Assembly (NCBI GenBank): GCA_003518105.1
Contig: DOZH01000006.1
Span: 1-58,513 of the forward strand
Origin: Candidatus Uhrbacteria bacterium
Lineage (GTDB): Bacteria > Patescibacteriota > Patescibacteriia > UBA9934
Direction: 5' to 3'
DNA: 58,513 bases
Part shown: piece after piece, positions 19,949 to 28,358 of the stretch
Layout: each line of letters starts with the position of its first letter
Numbering within the stretch: position 1 is the stretch's first letter
The notes under the pieces: generated by a model
Database searches by the model: none
Seen by the model: only the letters and a program-made list of their open reading frames with translations
Told to the model about the DNA's origin: nothing
Translations under genes and position numbers: made by a program

Positions 19949-20400
19949 AAAACACAAAATCCCCAAAATGGGGATATGTGCCACAGTGAAGAGACTAGCG
20001 GGACCGCCATCGGATTCAGGCGATTGAAGTCGTTGCTCAGCCAGTTGAGGTTGACGTAGACCCGACCCTCGTGGCGGTAGACGTACCGGACCACGCGGTT
20101 GCCATCCGAGTTGCGAATCTGCGCACTACACCATCCAGGACACCGCCCCTCGAATAGCTCTCAGCTGCTCTTGAGGTTGAATATTATGTGCGATCTCGGA
20201 GCCCGGCACAGTGTGAGCAGTTCGCAAACCGCTCGGCAAGGGCTCACTAATCGACCAGTGTAGTGCACCGAGTAATCTTCATGTTAGAGATGGCCCAAGA
20301 GACGCTGTCGTCAACCGTAATCAACGCCATTCTGCCCAAGTGCGCGCACCGAGTCAGGTAGGGGGAAGCCGTAACCGCCCCCGTATTCACCCGACCTACC
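19949..20400 (-). ncRNA. putative stand-alone TR-containing DGR RNA
   Basis: Bounded by the target-gene terminator and a 3' hairpin with U-rich tail (19949-19980); stem 20268-20258/20131-20121 closes just 5' of TR. Confidence 0.55.
19998..20118 (-). repeat. DGR template repeat (TR)
   Basis: 121 bp, 110/121 identical to VR; all 11 mismatches are TR adenines; 7 AAY codons and no A at any third codon position. Confidence 0.95.
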
Positions 20401-20413
20401 ATCATGTTACCAC

Positions 20414-20463
20414 AAAAAACGAAATGAGGATCCCGACACAGCTTGCGCAATGTGGGATCCTCA
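20414..20463 (-). terminator. intrinsic terminator after the DGR target gene
   Basis: TGAGGATCCC/GGGATCCTCA 10-bp stem followed by TTTCGTTTTTT. Confidence 0.75.
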
Positions 20464-20548
20464 ACGGAACGGGTTGGCTCGGGCCTGCCAGCAGGGCCTA
20501 AGGGCTAAGGGTCTGAGAGCTAAGAGTCTCAGGCTCAGAGCAAAGGCT

Positions 20549-21094
20549 CTAAGGGCTTACTCGCGGGACCGCCATCGGATACAGGCGATAGAAGTCGTCG
20601 CTCAGCCAGTAGAGGTTGACGTAGACCCGACCCCCGTGGCGGTAGACGCACCGGACCACGCGGTCGCCACCCGAGCGGCGAAAGACCGAGCCGCAGATGA
20701 CGTACTTGCCCTCCCAGCTGTCCTGGAAGAGGGTCGGATCCGCCTCGATGCGATCGATGACGTGACTCGACAGGATGACCGCGTGCTCGAGGAGCATGGC
20801 CTCGCCGCCGACCACACCCTTATCAATCTGTGTGGGGCAGAGCTGAACGTCGATCTTGGTGAGGTCGACTAGACCACGGAACAGGTTCTCGGGCTGCTCG
20901 GCCTCGTCGTAGGTGCAGCCAGCCGGGATGTTGGGCCTGCCCGAGCAGTCCACCAACACGGGGTTGACCCTGCCGATGAGGTAGCGGCTGAGCGCGGGCT
21001 GCTGGGCGATGGCCGCCAGATTCTCCGAGGTGCCGCCTTCGGCTGCAAAGGAAGCGAGGAAGACGTCGACATCAGCGGGGTTGAAGTTGGTCAT
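20549..21094 (-). CDS. DGR target (variable) protein, probable C-terminal C-type-lectin-fold VR
   Basis: 181 aa, GGAG Shine-Dalgarno; VR encodes FRRSGGDRVVRCVYRHGGRVYVNLYWLSDDFYRLYPMAVP. Confidence 0.9.
   Translation of the reverse strand: MTNFNPADVDVFLASFAAEGGTSENLAAIAQQPALSRYLIGRVNPVLVDCSGRPNIPAGCTYDEAEQPENLFRGLVDLTKIDVQLCPTQIDKGVVGGEAMLLEHAVILSSHVIDRIEADPTLFQDSWEGKYVICGSVFRRSGGDRVVRCVYRHGGRVYVNLYWLSDDFYRLYPMAVPRVSP
20563..20683 (-). repeat. DGR variable repeat (VR) ending in the IMH
   Basis: Aligns ungapped to TR; shared GC-rich 3' end CCGATGGCGGTCCCGC. Confidence 0.95.
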
Positions 21095-21147
21095 GATGAA
21101 CTCCGGGGGTAGTGAGTGGGGTGGATGAAAAGAAGTTGACGAAAAGT

Positions 21148-21176
21148 AGTATAGCAAAAAAATGGCCTTTTGTCAA
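21148..21176 (-). promoter_or_regulatory. sigma70 promoter of the DGR target
   Basis: TTGACA-17 bp-TATACT. Confidence 0.8.
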
Positions 21177-21213
21177 GCCATGGTGGCGATTATTTGGCTA
21201 AAATTGGCTTAAT

Positions 21214-22002
21214 TTATGGAGTTGTGGTGAGGGGTAAAATGCCGGTCCAGAAAGGTTGCGTCGGGTGGCCGGGGACGTGGTAAAGGACGGTGTCGTGGAC
21301 GCAGGAGGCCAGAGAGGCGACGTCGGCGCCTTTGAGGGGATAGCGGAAAAGGCCATCGTAAGAGCTGTCGCGAGCCAGGCGAAGGAGTTGAACCACCTCT
21401 TGGCGCAAGGGAGTGGCCAAGAACCACTCGCCAGGGTTTTTGGCGATGCAGGAGGAGCAGACCAGTCCCCCACGGCCGCCATGCCAACGGAAAGATAAGG
21501 GCACGATCTCCCCTTCACAACCAACGCAATGGTCCAGGGCAACGTTGTAGCCAAGTTGGCGCATTAAACGGAGAAGAAAGCCGCTCAGCAAAAAAGTGCT
21601 GCGGGTGGGGTGCAGAGATTCTTGAGAATTGAGAAAGTGGAGCCAGGTGGTCAGCTCGCCGTAGAGCACGGCGTCCTCCTGTTCTTCGTGCATGATTTTA
21701 TCGAGGAGGCCGAGCGAGGTGAGGACGAGCAGACGGTGGTCGATGTTGTCCGCCAGGCGTTTGAAAGCGTGCTTACGCTCGACGCCGATGACGGTGACGG
21801 AGTGTGCGCCGCGGATTATTTCGAGCTCGAGGATGGCGCAAGGTTCCAGGTGCGGGGCGAGTTTAGCGAGGGGCTTAGCGCCACCACGACCGAAGAACTC
21901 GAGCTTGCCGTGGCCGGGCGTCAAGGCGGAATAACGCCTGTCAGCTTCGCGCCAGGGTGAGACCGAAAGGATGATAGCTTCAGTCTTAATGCTCGCCCAC
22001 AT
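21214..22002 (-). CDS. recO: DNA repair protein RecO
   Basis: EAIILSVSPWREADR N-terminus, C-x2-C...C-x2-C zinc motif, SFRWHGGRGGLVC. Confidence 0.85.
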   Translation of the reverse strand: MWASIKTEAIILSVSPWREADRRYSALTPGHGKLEFFGRGGAKPLAKLAPHLEPCAILELEIIRGAHSVTVIGVERKHAFKRLADNIDHRLLVLTSLGLLDKIMHEEQEDAVLYGELTTWLHFLNSQESLHPTRSTFLLSGFLLRLMRQLGYNVALDHCVGCEGEIVPLSFRWHGGRGGLVCSSCIAKNPGEWFLATPLRQEVVQLLRLARDSSYDGLFRYPLKGADVASLASCVHDTVLYHVPGHPTQPFWTGILPLTTTP

Positions 22003-22019
22003 ACGTCAACAATAACAAA

Positions 22020-22421
22020 CTAAGCGAGGCGGCGAAGATCGTCTAGGTGGGCTTGAAGAACTAATTGTGCGGCGATGGCGTCTTCCTGGGCTTTGACGCC
22101 GAATTCCTGCTGCATACGCCGAGCTTCCGAAGAGGAGAATTTTTCGTCGGCCTGGATGATGGGCAGCTTGGTGGCGGCGGTGAGAGCCTCGATGAACTTC
22201 AAAGTAAGATCGACCTGAGTTGAGGAATGTTCAGGATTGCTTTGATATGGCACGCCGACCACGAGAGCGTCGAGGCCTTCGGCTTTAACGAGTTTGAGAA
22301 TGTACGGAATTGACTCGATGCCACCTGGGATGACTTCTAAGGGGAACGCTAAGCCAGAGCTATCGTCGCCAATAGCTAAGCCGATTTTTTTGAGGCCGAA
22401 GTCGATGCCGAGGAAGCGCAT
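22020..22421 (-). CDS. ruvX: YqgF/RuvX family nuclease
   Basis: LGIDFGLKKIGLA, ADEKFSS, DAIAAQLVLQ. Confidence 0.92.
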   Translation of the reverse strand: MRFLGIDFGLKKIGLAIGDDSSGLAFPLEVIPGGIESIPYILKLVKAEGLDALVVGVPYQSNPEHSSTQVDLTLKFIEALTAATKLPIIQADEKFSSSEARRMQQEFGVKAQEDAIAAQLVLQAHLDDLRRLA

Positions 22422-22483
22422 ACAGAAATAAAGTTGGTAGTTTGTAGTAGGTAGTTGGTAGTTGGGAAGTAAAATTTGAGTAA

Positions 22484-22945
22484 TTACGGACTTACGGCTA
22501 CATCAGACTGGAAGTCGACGCGGAGGACGGTGCCGTCCACGCTGACTGGGAGGTCGTCGGTGACATTGAAGAGTTGGTCGCCGTTGTCGACGTGAAGCAA
22601 GGCGATGTAGCTCTTGGTTGGGTCAAGCGGAGTATTGAGTCTGACGCCGGTGCCGTCGTGGAGGCCGGGGTCGAGATAACCTGAGGTGGCGATAATTGGA
22701 CCAGGGGCGCTACCGATAGCATCGTGGATGGTGATGAAGCCGCCTTTACCTAGATTAACGGTGAAGAGTTGCATGTTGGCCCAACTGGCGCCGGGGGTGA
22801 TGGCGAGGGTGGAACCTGGAACGTCAACGGGAACGTAGCCCAGGCCGACGGGGGCGGTGGGAGCAGCAAAGAAGAGGGCGCCGAGGCCAGCGATGACTAC
22901 GAGGATAACGGCGAGGACGACGAGGTCGGCTTTTTTGAAGATCAT
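22484..22945 (-). CDS. membrane-anchored hypothetical protein
   Basis: N-terminal transmembrane segment followed by a beta-rich-looking domain. Confidence 0.7.
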   Translation of the reverse strand: MIFKKADLVVLAVILVVIAGLGALFFAAPTAPVGLGYVPVDVPGSTLAITPGASWANMQLFTVNLGKGGFITIHDAIGSAPGPIIATSGYLDPGLHDGTGVRLNTPLDPTKSYIALLHVDNGDQLFNVTDDLPVSVDGTVLRVDFQSDVAVSP

Positions 22946-23151
22946 ATTTTGGTTAATTGATTGTCCATGAGGGAGGTGTCGGCCGCGTCGATGCTCTCGT
23001 AGTCGACGAAAAAGTCCAGGCTGCCGACGCGCACTTCGTAGCCGCCGTCGTAGTGGTTGGGGGTGATGTAGACGGCCTCTGTCGTATTTTGGCTGCTAAC
23101 TTTAGCGATGTGTTGGCGGATGAAGGCTTCGTCGGTAGGTTGATGGCGCAT
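22942..23151 (-). CDS. small hypothetical protein
   Basis: ORF with a 4-bp overlap into the next gene. Confidence 0.55.
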   Translation of the reverse strand: MRHQPTDEAFIRQHIAKVSSQNTTEAVYITPNHYDGGYEVRVGSLDFFVDYESIDAADTSLMDNQLTKI

Positions 23152-23171
23152 ACGAGGGTAGTTTAGCTTAC

Positions 23172-24008
23172 TTAGCCGCGAATGCCAATGTAGTTGCCGC
23201 TTTCGTAGCGACGGACGGAGCCGTAAAAGGCGGCGATGCTGAGGAGGAGCCAGAGGGCGGCGATGAGCCAGACGAGGCCGAGGGTGAGGAGGCTGTGGCC
23301 CATAACGGCTTCCACGGGGAGGCCGCCGACAGTGAGAGATGGAATGAGGACGATGAAAATGAAACGGGCAACTTTAGGAAAGAGGGCCGAGGGATACATG
23401 GTGGGGTTCATGAAGACCTTGAAAGCAGCCATGATGGTATGGTTGGAGTCGGGAAGATAAAAAGCGGCGGTACTACAAACTACGCTGACACTCAAAAAAA
23501 GAATCATGGTGGCCGGCAACATGGCAGCAAACCAGACTAGCGATAAGGCCGAGCCAGTCATGACGGCGTAGGCGATAATGAGAATTACGCCAAGCACAGC
23601 GTCGCCCAAACCAGCGAGGTCAAAACGACTGGCAACGGTGCGAATATAGAGATTACGGGGTGATAAGAGAAAACCGTCAAATGTTCCCTGTTCAACATAG
23701 CGTGGCATCCACAGGCTACCGCCAGCAAAACCAAAGGCGAAACCGTAACACATGAGGTTCATGCCGAGCAGCGCGAAAATTTGCGCACTACCCCAGCCGT
23801 TAACATTGCCCATGACCTGAAAGAATAAAATCCAGAGGGCTAGAAAGGCACAGTCGTTAATCATCATGCCGACGATTTGCAGGACGAAAGCCGTACGGAA
23901 CTCCATGGCTGCCCGAAAGTTGGTCAGCCAGACAATACGGGCGACGTTCAACTCGGCGATTACGCCTGACACGAAAGATCGTTTAATTATTTTACGTTTA
24001 ACCGCCAT
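23172..24008 (-). CDS. ABC-2 type permease
   Basis: GTFDGFLLSPRN and YPSALFPK motifs; multiple transmembrane segments. Confidence 0.88.
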   Translation of the reverse strand: MAVKRKIIKRSFVSGVIAELNVARIVWLTNFRAAMEFRTAFVLQIVGMMINDCAFLALWILFFQVMGNVNGWGSAQIFALLGMNLMCYGFAFGFAGGSLWMPRYVEQGTFDGFLLSPRNLYIRTVASRFDLAGLGDAVLGVILIIAYAVMTGSALSLVWFAAMLPATMILFLSVSVVCSTAAFYLPDSNHTIMAAFKVFMNPTMYPSALFPKVARFIFIVLIPSLTVGGLPVEAVMGHSLLTLGLVWLIAALWLLLSIAAFYGSVRRYESGNYIGIRG

Positions 24009-24786
24009 AAATTGATAAAATCTTTTTCGCTCGACGCCAACTGAAAATTGCTAACGAGAGGATGATGACGCACCAGAGTAACTGCGAGAGAAGCAAGGTA
24101 GGAAATTGCGCGGCGAAGTCGCTAGTAAAAGCGCGGGCAAAAGAGATCATAGCACCCATCGGCAGCCAAGTCGCCAAAAGTTTCAACCAGTCTGGGAAGA
24201 AAATGACGGGCACGATTGAGCCGCCAAGAATCATGACGCTTTTGTCAAAAATCCACATGACTGGTTCGGGGTCGTCCAACCAGAATGAGGTGATACCGAT
24301 GAGAGCGAAGGAGAACATCGACAGGAGAAAACCGAAGAAACCGAGGCTTAGGAATTCGACCAACCAGATGAACGAAAAGTCCACTGGTGGTGCGCCAGCC
24401 ATGACGAAGAGGACGATGAAGGCGATTGTTAGCGTGGAGATACAAACCCAGGTTTGACGACCCAGACGCTTGCAAACCGTGAGGACAATGTAGTCGACTG
24501 GCTTGTTTAGAATGCCCTCGACACTGCCATTTTTGACGTCGAAAGCAATGTCGCGATAGACGTTACGAACGCCAGTTGACCAGTAGACTGTATACATGCC
24601 AATCGACCAGAGGGCCATGGATAAAGTAACGCCCTGAACCGATGGACGAGCAGCAAAGGCAAAATGATAGACCGAAAATAAGGCTACGAGAGTGACCAGG
24701 ACAGCGCAGGAGTTGGAGAAAATCGTCGCATAATTACTAGAACTGTCGCGGGCAGAAATGCGAGCGGCGACCCAGTATTTGCGCAA
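23998..24786 (-). CDS. ABC-2 type permease
   Basis: DVKNGSVEGILNKPV and LGGSIVPVIFFP; start re-placed at TTG 24786 (MRKYW). Confidence 0.82.
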   Translation of the reverse strand: MRKYWVAARISARDSSSNYATIFSNSCAVLVTLVALFSVYHFAFAARPSVQGVTLSMALWSIGMYTVYWSTGVRNVYRDIAFDVKNGSVEGILNKPVDYIVLTVCKRLGRQTWVCISTLTIAFIVLFVMAGAPPVDFSFIWLVEFLSLGFFGFLLSMFSFALIGITSFWLDDPEPVMWIFDKSVMILGGSIVPVIFFPDWLKLLATWLPMGAMISFARAFTSDFAAQFPTLLLSQLLWCVIILSLAIFSWRRAKKILSIYGG

Positions 24787-24805
24787 CCTGGAGAAATTAG
24801 GGAGA

Positions 24806-25630
24806 CTACTTTTTAGCCCCATAAATATCTTGAATGATTTCTTCGAGCGAGGGCTCCACGGCGACCATTTTGACCGGGCGATGAGCGAAGTAATCCTTTT
24901 TGAGGGCGTCTGTGCTTTCGTCCACCACAATGCGGCCGTGGTTGACGACCATGGTGCGTGTGCAGAGGGCTTCGATGTCGCCGACGTCGTGACTGGTGAG
25001 GAAAAGCGTGACGCCTTCTTCGCGGTTAATGCGACCCAAGACTTCGCGGAGGGATTTTTTGGCGACGATATCGAGGCCGATGGTGGGTTCGTCGAGGAAG
25101 ATAATCTCCGGCTTGTGAATGAGGGCGACGGCGATTTCTGCCCGCATGCGTTGGCCGAGGGAGAGTTTACGGACGGGCCGGTCCACAAATTCGGCGAGAT
25201 CGAAGAGGCCAATGAGTTCTTTTTGGCGTCGACGGACGGTGGCAGGCGAGAGTTCGTAAATGGCGCCGAAGAGCTCGAAGCTGTCGCGGACGGGAAGATT
25301 CGGCACGAGCTGTGAGCGTTGGCCGAAGAGCGTGCCGATGCGGAAGGCTAGCTCGCGGCGGTTTTTGTAGGGATGCAGGCCAGCCACGGTCATGTCGCCA
25401 GAAGTGGGATAGAGAATGCCGGTGAGCATTTTAATGGTCGTCGACTTCCCCGCGCCGTTGGGGCCAATAAAAGCCACGGCCTGACCCTCGGGCACCGTAA
25501 AGCTGATGTCGTCCACGGCGGTGACAATCTCCTTTTCGGGCTTAAAGAAGTTGCGGAGTCTCCCCTGCTCGGGCTGGCGGACGGCGAGACTGAAGCTTTT
25601 GACGAGGTGGCTGACGGTGATGGCGGGCAT
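24806..25630 (-). CDS. ABC transporter ATP-binding protein
   Basis: GPNGAGKST, LSLGQRM, FLDEPTIGLD, LTSHD. Confidence 0.95.
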   Translation of the reverse strand: MPAITVSHLVKSFSLAVRQPEQGRLRNFFKPEKEIVTAVDDISFTVPEGQAVAFIGPNGAGKSTTIKMLTGILYPTSGDMTVAGLHPYKNRRELAFRIGTLFGQRSQLVPNLPVRDSFELFGAIYELSPATVRRRQKELIGLFDLAEFVDRPVRKLSLGQRMRAEIAVALIHKPEIIFLDEPTIGLDIVAKKSLREVLGRINREEGVTLFLTSHDVGDIEALCTRTMVVNHGRIVVDESTDALKKDYFAHRPVKMVAVEPSLEEIIQDIYGAKK

Positions 25631-25761
25631 ATTGGCTCTATTGTAGCACGAACGTCTTGCGCTTCGCTAAAGCCCCCTCTAGCTCCCTCATAGCTGGGAG
25701 AGGACTTACGAACTACGCCGAACTTAAAGGCTAATTTTAGCCAAATTTGCAGTTATTAACA

Positions 25762-25790
25762 TTGACAAAGTGGCGTTTTTATGGTATATT
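25762..25790 (+). promoter_or_regulatory. sigma70 promoter heading the cassette array
   Basis: TTGACA-17 bp-TATATT. Confidence 0.75.
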
Positions 25791-25864
25791 TCGCGGTCAT
25801 GAGCAACCGCTCCTCTGACGAAAAATCCACCTGAATTGGCCCGAAATGGGCTTTGGAGTTAAGA

Positions 25865-26134
25865 ATGAACATCTTCAGGAATATGGTCACGATGGCCCTC
25901 GTCGGCTTTCTTGTACCCGAGAGCGAGGTCGATCCTCAGCCGGACGAGAATGACCCCGAGCCGGATGACGACCGCTACGGGTCGGTTCCGGACATCGACA
26001 GATGCGACCAGATGCCGATCTTCAACTTCTACACTGCCTATTTCCCGATGTCGTCCTTCGACTTCGGTTACGGCCGTGAGGAATCGCGCGACTACTTGAC
26101 CTGGGCTGCAAGCTGCATCCCTCGCCCCCGGTGA
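25865..26134 (+). CDS. acidic hypothetical protein (array ORF1)
   Basis: GGAG Shine-Dalgarno; strong C/G third-position bias. Confidence 0.6.
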   Translation: MNIFRNMVTMALVGFLVPESEVDPQPDENDPEPDDDRYGSVPDIDRCDQMPIFNFYTAYFPMSSFDFGYGREESRDYLTWAASCIPRPR

Positions 26135-26153
26135 GCCGCCCCCGCTCACCACC

Positions 26154-26222
26154 TCCGGCAGTACACCTCGTGTGCTGCCGGACCCTTCATTGCTTGCGAG
26201 GTAACTCGTGGGCAGCGAAGGG
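26154..26222 (+). repeat. intergenic hairpin module M1
   Basis: TCCGGCAG...CTGCCGGA stem then CCCTTC...GAAGGG stem. Confidence 0.85.
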
Positions 26223-26281
26223 TGCAATTCTGCCCCGAAGTTTCTAGAGTCAACGTCAACCACTCCCAACAAGAGGCCATC

Positions 26282-26716
26282 ATGATCCCCTTCTCCCTCC
26301 TCACCATCCTCGCCTGTTCCGGCCGTAGCCCGGTGCATAACCTCAACCGGAGCGACGTCTTGCATATCGCCGACGACGCGCACGGTCAGTACATCTGGAC
26401 GGTGGCGAGCTTGACCGGCCACCCCATCGAGGCTGACAAGAGCCTGGAGATCGGCCTGGTTGGTCTGGGTACTGGCTACATGGTGCGCGGCGACAGGGTC
26501 GTGAATGGCGAGCACACGAGCAATCTCCCTGTCGTGGCCAGCTACCTGAACGCTGACTTCGAGCCGCAGAACTACTACAACCTGCAAGGCTGGAGCAAAT
26601 GCATCAACGCGAACAAGCCGCTGACCGGCGACTGCCTGGCCGAAGCCAACCAGTTTGTCGAGCTGGCCTTCGTCTCTTTCGGAGCGCGTCGCAGCAACGT
26701 CGACGCTGACAAGTAG
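26282..26716 (+). CDS. putative lipoprotein (array ORF2)
   Basis: MIPFSLLTILAC lipobox-like N-terminus; GAGG Shine-Dalgarno. Confidence 0.7.
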   Translation: MIPFSLLTILACSGRSPVHNLNRSDVLHIADDAHGQYIWTVASLTGHPIEADKSLEIGLVGLGTGYMVRGDRVVNGEHTSNLPVVASYLNADFEPQNYYNLQGWSKCINANKPLTGDCLAEANQFVELAFVSFGARRSNVDADK

Positions 26717-26734
26717 CCTGCCCCGCCTCCCCTC

Positions 26735-26838
26735 GGCTGGCACTCCCCTCACGGGTTTGAGTGCCGGCCACGCCACGTCGTCGAGAGATGACGTGGGCCC
26801 TTCATTCGGCATGAGATTGGCTCGTGCGTAGTGAAGGG
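26735..26838 (+). repeat. intergenic hairpin module M2
   Basis: GGCTGGCACTC/GAGTGCCGGCC, CCACGTCGTC/GATGACGTGG, CCCTTCA/TGAAGGG. Confidence 0.85.
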
Positions 26839-26883
26839 CGGAGTCATTCGCTCGATAATCAACCTACTGAAACGAGGTCAAAC

Positions 26884-27471
26884 ATGAAAGGATTGCGCAA
26901 CCCCAAAGTCATCCGCTTCTCCGGCTCGATCGCCGATGGCAGTGACTTCGAGAAGACAAGTGACTACATCTGTCGTCGCAAGGACGGCAACAGGCCACTC
27001 GCCGTCATTGGCAACTTGCTCAGCGACCGACTAGCCAAGCCGCCAGTGCTCGACATCCCAGTCGAGGCGGTGCTGGTAGAAGTGGGCGGCGACACCAGCC
27101 TGTGGGGCATGACCGAGCTCCACTCCTTCCACCAGTCACTCGGACTGCGCAACGCCACGGCAAGTGAGATGATCGACCTATTGCCAATCATCGACCGAGC
27201 TTTCGGCACAGATGACGAGGTCGAGATCATGGCTCTGACGTCGCGCTGGCACAACTTGACCGCCGCGCCAGGCGGTATGAGCGGTGGCATGGTACCGTGG
27301 ACGCCGATCGTCTGGCTGAAACAGGTCGTGGTCACCTTTGGCCAGTGGCACGGCGCCCTCAACGGCTGGCGTCATCCGCGCTTCGCTCTGGCCTTGCCGA
27401 CCAGCACGCCTCAACCAGGCTGCATCATAGCCGAACACCGCAACCACATGTCGTTGTTCAACTACTGCTAG
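26884..27471 (+). CDS. hypothetical protein (array ORF3), possibly CLec-like
   Basis: GAGG Shine-Dalgarno; LGLRNATASEM...IMALTSRW...VPW...W...RFALA pattern. Confidence 0.7.
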   Translation: MKGLRNPKVIRFSGSIADGSDFEKTSDYICRRKDGNRPLAVIGNLLSDRLAKPPVLDIPVEAVLVEVGGDTSLWGMTELHSFHQSLGLRNATASEMIDLLPIIDRAFGTDDEVEIMALTSRWHNLTAAPGGMSGGMVPWTPIVWLKQVVVTFGQWHGALNGWRHPRFALALPTSTPQPGCIIAEHRNHMSLFNYC

Positions 27472-27500
27472 GTTGATGACTCTTCTGTCCACGTCCCCCC

Positions 27501-27573
27501 GGCTAGCACTCCCCTCGTGGATCAAGTGTCAGGCCCTTCATTGCTTGCGAGTTAGCTCGTTGGCAGCGAAGGG
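27501..27573 (+). repeat. intergenic hairpin module M3
   Basis: CCCTTC...GAAGGG hairpin is 37/40 identical to that of M1. Confidence 0.85.
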
Positions 27574-27635
27574 CAGATCCTCTGCTCTACTTTCCCGCTA
27601 GTCAACATCAAACAACTAAATGAACAGGAGTCCAC

Positions 27636-28355
27636 ATGAACGACACGCGTCGAGAGATTGTCCACGTATCTTTCCTCAAGGAGTGGCTGGAGATTGCGCG
27701 CAAGATGCTCGGTCAGCCGATTGAGGTGCAAAAAGGCCTGGTGGCTAGGGCCCTCCGTCGCAACGACCACGCCGAGCGCCCGAGTGCGATCATCCGCGAA
27801 TTGACCGAGCAGCTCAAACACCACCACCTGATGGCTGAGCATCTCGGCAGCAGCGCCAAGGAGTTCGACAAGATCGCGCGTCAGGCTGACGTGGAGTACT
27901 TGCGGGCGGAGCTGGCGAAGGCCTACGAGTACGACGCCGAGGAACACGGTAGCAGCTGGCTGGCTGTAGTGCGCGGCCTGATGCAGCAGCTCGAGATCCG
28001 ACCCGAGGAGATCGGGACGACCAGGGACAAGCTGGACGCCGACGTGGCATCCGCACGGCTGACGCGTGACCGATACCTGCTCAAGCAGGCCCGGCAGATG
28101 CCCGACCCACGGACCTACGTGCGCCAGATCATCAGCCGGCCGGAGGCGCTTGGCTCCAGCGCCAAGGAGTTCGCACAGCTGAGCGAGATGACCAACGCCT
28201 GCTGGCACCTGAAGATGTTCCGCATTGCCCTGGGCCGCGGTCGCGAGATCGACGCCAAGAGCCACGCGCGGGTGCTGTTCGTTATCCTGATCGAGCATGA
28301 CGTCGACCCCGAGCGCATCGGTACGACCTACGAGGAGTTCGAGAAGTACGTCTAG
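27636..28355 (+). CDS. hypothetical protein with a two-fold internal repeat (array ORF4)
   Basis: LGSSAKEF twice and PEEIGTT/PERIGTT; AGGAG Shine-Dalgarno. Confidence 0.8.
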   Translation: MNDTRREIVHVSFLKEWLEIARKMLGQPIEVQKGLVARALRRNDHAERPSAIIRELTEQLKHHHLMAEHLGSSAKEFDKIARQADVEYLRAELAKAYEYDAEEHGSSWLAVVRGLMQQLEIRPEEIGTTRDKLDADVASARLTRDRYLLKQARQMPDPRTYVRQIISRPEALGSSAKEFAQLSEMTNACWHLKMFRIALGRGREIDAKSHARVLFVILIEHDVDPERIGTTYEEFEKYV

Positions 28356-28358
28356 ATT

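Noticed and set aside
19876-20094. 72-aa ORF resembling the target C-terminus
   Set aside because: It is the TR read in frame, with no Shine-Dalgarno and an A-only mismatch pattern. It is neither a gene nor an ordinary duplication.
20353-20382. GGGGG...CCCCCTACCTGAC resembling a group II intron domain VI end
   Set aside because: No domain V (AGC triad hairpin) precedes it and there is no maturase.
20247-20450. 67-aa ORF as a possible Avd/accessory gene
   Set aside because: It starts inside the terminator hairpin, is too short, and lacks the four-helix Avd-like pattern.
23998-25212. 404-aa permease as called in the ORF track
   Set aside because: The first ~140 codons overlap the ATPase in another frame; the real start is likely TTG at 24786.
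25859-28298. Long minus-strand ORFs (25859-26812, 27552-28298)
   Set aside because: They are shadow ORFs of high-GC3 plus-strand genes that have Shine-Dalgarno sites and a promoter.
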